Of a stretch of 64,000 nt of DNA, positions 58,272 through 64,000 are shown one piece after another. Position 1 is the first letter of the stretch, and every line of letters begins with the position of its first letter. The notes beneath the pieces are model-generated. The model was not told the DNA's origin. It saw only the letters and a list, made by a program, of their open reading frames with translations, and did not search any database. The position numbers and the translations under genes were made by a program. The stretch comes from an uncultured Solirubrobacterales bacterium (GTDB lineage: Bacteria; Actinomycetota; Thermoleophilia; Solirubrobacterales; Solirubrobacteraceae), in the NCBI GenBank assembly GCA_963735885.1, contig CAVTMP010000010.1:95016-159015 (forward strand), written 5' to 3'.

Positions 58272-60380
58272 GTGAGCGGCCCGGACGACACGAGCCCGGC
58301 GGCGCGGCGCGCCCGGCGGCGGCGGGCGGTGGGCCGCGCGCTGCTGACGTGGCTGCTCACCGCGCTGACGCTGCTGGCGCTGAGCGGCGTCCTCGCCGGC
58401 CTCCACGTCAAGGACCTGGGCGCCGCGCTGGTGTCCGCCCTGCTGATCGGCGTGCTCAACGCGTTCGTGTGGCCGGCGATCCTCCGCGTCGCGCTGCCCT
58501 TCACCGTGCTCACGCTCGGGCTCGGCGTGCTCGTCCTCAACGGCGCGATCGTGCTGCTCGTCTCGGAGGTCGACCGCAGCGGGATCCACGTCGACGACCT
58601 CGCCACCGGCATCCTCGTCGCCGTCGGGATCACGATCGTGACGACGCTGGTCAACTCGCTGCTGGCCATCGACGACGACGCGCGCTACCGCCGCACCCTC
58701 TCCCGGCACGCCGAGCGACAGGCGAAGCGCGAGGGCCGCGAGACGGCGTCCGAGGTCCCCGGCGTGTTCTTCCTCGAGATCGACGGCCTCGCCCACGCCG
58801 TGGTCCAGCGCGCCGTGCGCGACGGCAACATGCCGACGCTCGCCCGCTGGCTGCGCGAGGGCACGCACCGGCTCGAGCGCTGGGAGACCGACTGGTCGTC
58901 GCAGACGGGCGCCTGCCAGGCCGGGCTGCTGCACGGCTCCAACGAGGACATGCCCGCCTTCCGCTGGTGGGAGAAGGACCGCGGCGCGGCGATCGTCACC
59001 AACCACCCGAAGGACGCGGCCGAGCTCGAGCGCCGCCACTCCGACGGGCGCGGCCTGCTCCACGAGGACGGCTGCAGCCGGGCGAACATCCTCTCCGGCG
59101 ACGCGCCGCACTCGCTGCTGACCATGAGCACGGTGCTGGCGCCCCAGCGCGGCCGCCTCGGCCAGGACTACTTCGCGTACTTCGCCGACCCCTACAGCGT
59201 GATCCGGACCGCGCTGCTCTCCCTCGGCGAGATCGCCGCCGAGCGCTACTACGCGATCCAGCAGCGGCGCCGCGACGTCCGGCCGCGGATCCACCGCGGC
59301 GTCGCCTACGCACCGGTCCGAGCCTGGGCGACGGTGGTCCAGCGCGACCTCCAGGTCTCGGCCATCATCGGGGACCTGTACGCCGGGCGCCCGGTCGCCT
59401 ACACCACGTTCCTCGCCTACGACGAGGTCGCCCACCACTCGGGCGTCGAGCGGCCGGACGCGCTCGTGACGCTGCGGCGGGTGGACCGCGAGCTCGGGCG
59501 CATCGAGGCGGCCGCCCGCCACGCTCCCCGCCCCTACCGGCTCGTCGTGCTCGCCGACCACGGCCAGTCCCAGGGGACGACGTTCCGCGACCGCTACGGC
59601 CACACCCTCGAGGAGGTGGTGCGCGAGGCCTGTGCGAGCGAGTCGGTGGAGTCCGCGACCGCCGGCGGCGACAGCGCGCTCGGCTACCTGAGCGCCGGGC
59701 TGACCGAGGTGGCGGCGCGCGACGATCTGCTCGGTCGGACCACGCGCGCCGCGACCCGCGGCAAGCGGGTGGACGAGTCGGTGCGGCTCGGCCGGTCCGA
59801 GCGCGAGGACACCCGCGAGGCCCGGGGCGAGGACGACGGGATCCCGGAGATCTCGGTGATGGCCTCGGGCTGCCTCGGGCTCGTCTCGTTCCCGCGGGAG
59901 CCCGGGCGGATGACGCTGGAGCGCCTCCAGGCCGTCTACCCCCTGCTGGTCCCCGCGCTGCGCGACCACGACGGCGTCGGGTTCCTGCTCGTGCGCTCCG
60001 AGGCGCACGGCGCCGTGGCGATCGGCCGCGGCGGCACCCGCTATCTCGACGAGGACCGGGTCGAGGGCGAGGACCCGCTGGCGCCGTTCGGCCCGGGCGC
60101 CGCCGCGCACGTCAAGCGCACCGACGGCTTCCCCCACTGCCCGGACGTCGTGCTGAACAGCCGCTACTGGGCCGACACCGACGAGGTCGCGGCCTTCGAG
60201 GAGCTCGTCGGCTCCCACGGGGGCCTCGGCGGCGAGCAGTGCTTCCCCTTCGCCGCCTTCCCGGCGGACTGGTCCTACCCGGCCGAGCCCGTCGTCGGCG
60301 CCGCGGCGATGCACCGGGTCATGCGCCGCTGGCTCGCGGAGCTCGGGCACGAGTCGTACGCGGATCCGGCGGGCTCGTAG
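58272..60380 (+). CDS. Holin-superfamily-IV-like (PF04020/DUF360) membrane domain fused to an alkaline-phosphatase-superfamily (phosphodiesterase-like) domain
   Basis: The four-TM block (LLTWLLTALTLLAL...VLNGAIVLLV) is followed by FFLEIDGL, YDEVAHHSG, LADHGQS and GSHGGLGG. The track ORF starts at 58083. An ATG at 58170 would abut the divergent gene's ATG, so GTG 58272 is preferred. Confidence 0.7.
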   Translation: MSGPDDTSPAARRARRRRAVGRALLTWLLTALTLLALSGVLAGLHVKDLGAALVSALLIGVLNAFVWPAILRVALPFTVLTLGLGVLVLNGAIVLLVSEVDRSGIHVDDLATGILVAVGITIVTTLVNSLLAIDDDARYRRTLSRHAERQAKREGRETASEVPGVFFLEIDGLAHAVVQRAVRDGNMPTLARWLREGTHRLERWETDWSSQTGACQAGLLHGSNEDMPAFRWWEKDRGAAIVTNHPKDAAELERRHSDGRGLLHEDGCSRANILSGDAPHSLLTMSTVLAPQRGRLGQDYFAYFADPYSVIRTALLSLGEIAAERYYAIQQRRRDVRPRIHRGVAYAPVRAWATVVQRDLQVSAIIGDLYAGRPVAYTTFLAYDEVAHHSGVERPDALVTLRRVDRELGRIEAAARHAPRPYRLVVLADHGQSQGTTFRDRYGHTLEEVVREACASESVESATAGGDSALGYLSAGLTEVAARDDLLGRTTRAATRGKRVDESVRLGRSEREDTREARGEDDGIPEISVMASGCLGLVSFPREPGRMTLERLQAVYPLLVPALRDHDGVGFLLVRSEAHGAVAIGRGGTRYLDEDRVEGEDPLAPFGPGAAAHVKRTDGFPHCPDVVLNSRYWADTDEVAAFEELVGSHGGLGGEQCFPFAAFPADWSYPAEPVVGAAAMHRVMRRWLAELGHESYADPAGS

Positions 60381-60391
60381 CGTTCGCGGGC

Positions 60392-62181
60392 GTGCACGAC
60401 GTCGCCGAGTTCCTGAGACGTCACCCCCCGTTCGACGCGCTCGCGGCGGAGGAGGTCGAGCGCATCGCGGCCACGGTGGAGATCGAGTTCTTCCCCGCGC
60501 GCGCCGAGGTCTTCTCGCCCGCCGCCGGCCCGGCCGGCCACGCCTGGGTCGTGCGCCGGGGGTCGATCGAGCTGCTCGGTGAGGAGCGGGTGCTCGATCG
60601 ACTCGGCGCGGGCGAGCTGTTCGGCCATGCGTCGATGCTCTCCGGGATGCCGACGGGCCTCAGCGCCCGCGCCCACGAGGACACGCTCTGCTACCGCCTG
60701 CCGGCGGACGTGGCTCGCGCGGCCCTGGAGCAGGCCCGCGCGCCGGCGACCGGCGCCCACCCCGTCGGGCGACCAGCCCGTGGGGGCGCTCGTGGGCGGG
60801 CCGCCGGTGATCTGCGCGCCGGAGGTGACGATCCGCGAGGCGGCGCGGCGCATGACCGCGGCCGCCGCCTCGGCGGTGGTCGTCCCCGGGCCGGGCGGCG
60901 AGGTGGGCATCCTGACCGACCGGGATCTGCGCACCCACGTCGTCGGGGGCGAGGTCCCGATCGACGCCCCGATCACCGCCGCGATGAGTCCGCGGGCGCA
61001 CACGATCGGCGCCGAGCGGCTGGGCAGCGAGGCCGTCGTGGAGATGCTCGACCGGGGCGTCCGCCATCTCCCGGTCGTCTCCGAGCGAGGCGAGGTGCTC
61101 GGGGTCGTCGAGGACCTGGACCTGCTCGCCCTCGACGCGCGGACGCCGTTCCGGCTGCGCCGGCGCATCGAGGACGCCCGCGACGATGCGGGCGTGCGCG
61201 CGGCGGCCGGCGACCTCGCGCCGACGGTGATCGCGCTCCACGACGCGCGGATGGCCCCCGCCCAGATCGCGGCGGTGATCTCGGTGGTCGTCGAGGCGCT
61301 CACCCGGCGGCTGCTCGACCTCGCCGTGGCGGCGGCCGGAGCGCCGCCGGCGCCGCTCACCTGGCTCGCGCTCGGCAGCCACGCCCGGCGCGGAGGCGGT
61401 CCCGGGATCCGACGTGGACAGCGCGATCGTCTGGCTCGGGGACGACGAGGACCCCGCCGCCCGCGGGTACGCGCGGGACCTGGGGGCGCGCGTCATGGCC
61501 GGGCTCGGCGCCTGCGGGCTCACGGGCGACGATCACGGCGTCGTCGCCTCGCGCCCGCTCTTCGCCCGCTCGCTCGACGCGTGGCGCGCGGCGATCCGCG
61601 ACTGGATCGCCGACCCGGGCCAGGAGAAGGCGCTCGTCCTCGCCTCGATGCTCTCCGACGGCCGCGCGATCTGGGGCGATCCGCGCGGGGCCGCCCTCCA
61701 CGACGCCTTCGCCGGCGTGGCCGACCAGCGCCGGCTCCTGCGGCTCGAGGCGCGCTTCGCGCTGACCCACCGCCCGCCGACGGGCTTCCTGCGGGACATC
61801 GTCGTCGAGCACGCCGGCGAGCACGCGGGGACGTTCGACATCAAGCACGGCGGCCTGCTCCCCATCGTCGGCCTGGCGCGCTACGCGGGGATGGCGGCCG
61901 GGAGGCCGCGGGGGTCCACCGCCGAGCGGCTGCGCGCCGCCGCCGACGCCGGCACGCTCGAGCGCGACGACGCGCGGATGCTGGAGGAGGCCTACGACCT
62001 GGTGCTGGGCCTGCGGCTCGCGCACCAGGTCGAGCAGCTGCGCCGGGACCTGGCGCCCGACGACTTCGTCGACCCGGCGACCCTGAACCCGCTCGTGCGC
62101 CGCTATCTGCGCGAGGCCTTCCGCGCGGTCGCCCGGCTCCAGCGCGCCATCGCCACCGAGCTCGACACCCACGCGCGATGA
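60392..62181 (+). pseudogene. cNMP-binding + CBS pair + DUF294 nucleotidyltransferase-like signalling protein, two frame changes as sequenced
   Basis: The cNMP-binding domain is in the GTG-60392 frame. The CBS pair (VVVPGPGGEVGILTDRDL, HLPVVSERGEVLGVV) is in the 60579 frame. The DUF294/DUF294_C parts (SDVDSAIVW..., 61414..62181) are in the third frame. The junctions lie near 60750 and near 61395. Confidence 0.8.
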
Positions 62182-62843
62182 CCCGCCGCGGGCACGGCCG
62201 GGCACGGCCACCCGGGCGCCGCACGCCGTGGCGAAGCGCGCCGATGTGCGTCCTCGACTTCGAGACGACCGGCCTCGACCCGGCCCGTCACGAGATCGTG
62301 AGCTTCGGCGCCGTGCCGATCGACGCCGGGCGCATCCGCACGGCGGGGGCGCTCGAGCGCCTCGTGCGGCCGCGTCGGATGCCCGACGCCCAGACCGTTC
62401 GGATCCACGGCCTGACGCCTGCGGACCTCGCCGCGGCGCCACCGCTCGAGGCCGTCCTCGACGATCTCGTCGGCGCGCTCGAGGGCCGCGTGCTGGTCGC
62501 GCACGCGGCGTGGGTGGAGCGCGGCTTCCTCGCGCCCGCCCTGGCGGAGCGCGGCCGGCGCCTGCGCGGCCCGGTCCTGGACACGGCCGTCCTCGGCCGC
62601 GCCTGGCACCGCCGCGCCGGCCGCCCCGACCGCGGGACCCCGGCGCTCGGCGATCTCGCCGCGGAGCTCGGCCTCCCGGCGCACCGCCCCCACCACGCGC
62701 TCGGCGACGCGCTCACCACCGCCCAGGTCTTCCTGGCGCTCGCCGCCCACCTCGACGCCGGCCGGAGGCGGCCGCTCACCGTCGGGCGGCTGGCCCGCGC
62801 CGGCCGGCCCCCGCTCGGGTTGCGGGTGCCCGGCGCGCCGTGA
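62178..62843 (+). CDS. DnaQ-like 3'-5' exonuclease (DEDD family)
   Basis: Its ATG overlaps the upstream stop (ATGA). ExoI motif VLDFETTGL and ExoIII motif HHALGDAL. Confidence 0.8.
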   Translation: MTRRGHGRARPPGRRTPWRSAPMCVLDFETTGLDPARHEIVSFGAVPIDAGRIRTAGALERLVRPRRMPDAQTVRIHGLTPADLAAAPPLEAVLDDLVGALEGRVLVAHAAWVERGFLAPALAERGRRLRGPVLDTAVLGRAWHRRAGRPDRGTPALGDLAAELGLPAHRPHHALGDALTTAQVFLALAAHLDAGRRRPLTVGRLARAGRPPLGLRVPGAP

Positions 62844-62861
62844 CGGCGGGCGGCGGGGAGA

Positions 62862-64000
62862 TCAGCCCGTCAGCGGCCGGGTCCCGCAGCGCGTGAGGTA
62901 CGCCGGGCTTCCGACCGGGGCGACCACCCGCAGCGTGCGGCCACCGCGGAGGCCGGGGCCGGCGCCGCGGAGCCGCCAGCAGCCGCGCGGCAGCCAGACG
63001 AGGCGCGAGCGCGCGCCCGGGGACAGCACCGGCGCGGCGACGAGGTTCGCCCCGACGAGGAACTCGTCGTCCCAGCGCGCCCGCGGCGCCGCCGGGTCGA
63101 CGAGCCACACCGGCCGGGTGATCGGCGTCGCGTCACGCGTGGCGCGGCGCCAGAGGCGGAGCAGCTCCGGCTCGAGTCGGCGATGCAGGCGCGCGAGCGC
63201 CGTCCAGCGGCGCAGCGTCGCGCGGTCGAAGGACCACGGCATCTTCACGCCGCCGAGCGCCGAGTTGTGGACGCGGAAGTGCGTGGTGAACGCCGACAGC
63301 TCGGCAAAGCGCAGGAAGAGCTCCGGTGTCGTCTGCCGCCAGTCGGAGCCCACGAACCGGAAGTCGGCATAGCCGCCGATGTCGAGCGAGAACCCGTACG
63401 CGCCGCCGATCGCCCGGTTCAGCAGGTCGGGCACGAGCGAGGGGAGCCCGGTGCCGCGGTCCCAGTCGTTCGTCTCGTCGCCGGGGAACGTCGCGCCCTC
63501 CCACCGGGCCGAGCCGTCCCGCCCGCCCCAGCCGGCGCGCCCGAAGAAGTAGACCCGGCGACCGGGGTGGCGGCGCTCCCACGCGGCGACCGCCTCGCGC
63601 GTGACCCGGTGCTGGAGCGCGGGGTAGCGGTTGTGCATCGTCCGGCCGGTCTCGCCGTCGGCGAAGCGCATCCCGGGGAGCACCTGCTCGCCGAAGTCGT
63701 TCATGAAGCCCTCGGCCCCGGTGTCGAGCAGGGCGGAGATCCGCCCGCGCCACCATTCCCGGGTCGCGGGCTTCGTGAAGTCGAGCACCGCCGCCTGCGC
63801 ACCGATGAACGGCGAGTCGAACAGGTAGGGCGAGCCGTCCGCGCGGGTGGCGACGAGCCGGCGGCGGATCGCGTCGTCGTAGACGCCGGGCGGCTCGGTC
63901 GCGGCGCGGTCGGTGGCGACGAAGGAACGGGCGTAGAGCACGGCGTGGATCCCGCGACGTCGCAGGCGCCGCACGATCTCGCGGACGAACGCCGGCTTCT
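62862..64000 (-). CDS. Glycoside hydrolase family 31-like protein, 3' part (gene continues beyond the window end)
   Basis: Motifs FMNDFGE, FPGDETNDW, GGYADF and a distal beta-sandwich-like C-terminus. The ORF is open at position 64000. Confidence 0.75.
   Translation of the reverse strand, partial: KPAFVREIVRRLRRRGIHAVLYARSFVATDRAATEPPGVYDDAIRRRLVATRADGSPYLFDSPFIGAQAAVLDFTKPATREWWRGRISALLDTGAEGFMNDFGEQVLPGMRFADGETGRTMHNRYPALQHRVTREAVAAWERRHPGRRVYFFGRAGWGGRDGSARWEGATFPGDETNDWDRGTGLPSLVPDLLNRAIGGAYGFSLDIGGYADFRFVGSDWRQTTPELFLRFAELSAFTTHFRVHNSALGGVKMPWSFDRATLRRWTALARLHRRLEPELLRLWRRATRDATPITRPVWLVDPAAPRARWDDEFLVGANLVAAPVLSPGARSRLVWLPRGCWRLRGAGPGLRGGRTLRVVAPVGSPAYLTRCGTRPLTG

Noticed and set aside
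58272-58700. The holin-family domain as evidence of a prophage or lysis cassette
   Set aside because: There are no endolysin, spanin, terminase or capsid genes nearby. The domain is fused to a large phosphatase-like enzyme, consistent with a cellular membrane anchor.
57423-61765. 975-aa minus-strand ORF and 1444-aa plus-strand ORF over the 57.4-61.8 kb region
   Set aside because: They are Arg/Pro/Gly-rich. They conflict with the YugP peptidase, the holin-phosphatase fusion and the CBS/DUF294 gene, which carry specific motifs. Only the cNMP-binding segment (60392-60750) of the plus ORF is real.
1-64000. Search for tRNA, rRNA, CRISPR arrays, IS/transposase, integrase, prophage or toxin-antitoxin/defence gene signatures
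   Set aside because: I recognised none. Intergenic regions lack tRNA-like T-arm/anticodon features, and there are no regularly spaced repeat-spacer arrays. No DDE/tyrosine-recombinase or reverse-transcriptase motifs appear in any credible ORF.

Overview
Very GC-rich chromosomal segment in which third codon positions are almost all G/C. It looks like a deep-branching high-GC actinobacterium; the taxon is inference, based on a ydaO riboswitch before a cell-wall hydrolase, mycothiol/F420-type enzymes and leaderless-type starts. I call about 58 protein-coding loci, one riboswitch, and a few hairpins and repeats. I saw no rRNA, tRNA, CRISPR array, transposase, integrase or phage structural genes. 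Most very long ORFs in the six-frame track are Arg/Ala/Pro-rich antisense or off-frame artefacts of the GC content. Content is core and accessory metabolism: DAHP synthase, acyl-CoA dehydrogenase, carboxyltransferase, class III alcohol dehydrogenase, glcDEF, hyuAB, TrpB2, several glycoside hydrolases and a sugar porter. There are also envelope and secreted proteins and a complete kdp K+ uptake locus. Main observations: (1) The kdp locus is a nine-ORF, overlap-chained unit in the non-canonical order kdpD(core HK)-kdpE-[26-aa ORF]-kdpF-kdpA-kdpC-kdpB-orf121-KdpD N-terminal/Usp protein-TM-Usp protein. (2) A c-di-AMP (ydaO-type) riboswitch precedes an NlpC/P60 hydrolase gene. (3) About 16 loci are interrupted by single-nucleotide frame changes with family-conserved residues on both sides and no in-frame stops. 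These are strongly clustered (hyuAB, two tandem glycosidase paralogs, an FN3-repeat protein). An assembly or polishing artefact is the leading explanation and must be checked before any pseudogene biology is claimed. (4) A 494-bp convergent spacer carries a roughly 130-nt hairpin. (5) Several overlap-coupled modules have unknown function: TrpB2-VOC-HyuA-HyuB, cNMP/CBS/DUF294 plus DnaQ-like exonuclease, and a SHOCT membrane pair. No defence-island-like or clearly new multi-gene system is evident. The re-wired kdp unit and the TrpB2-hyuAB operon are the best candidates for follow-up.
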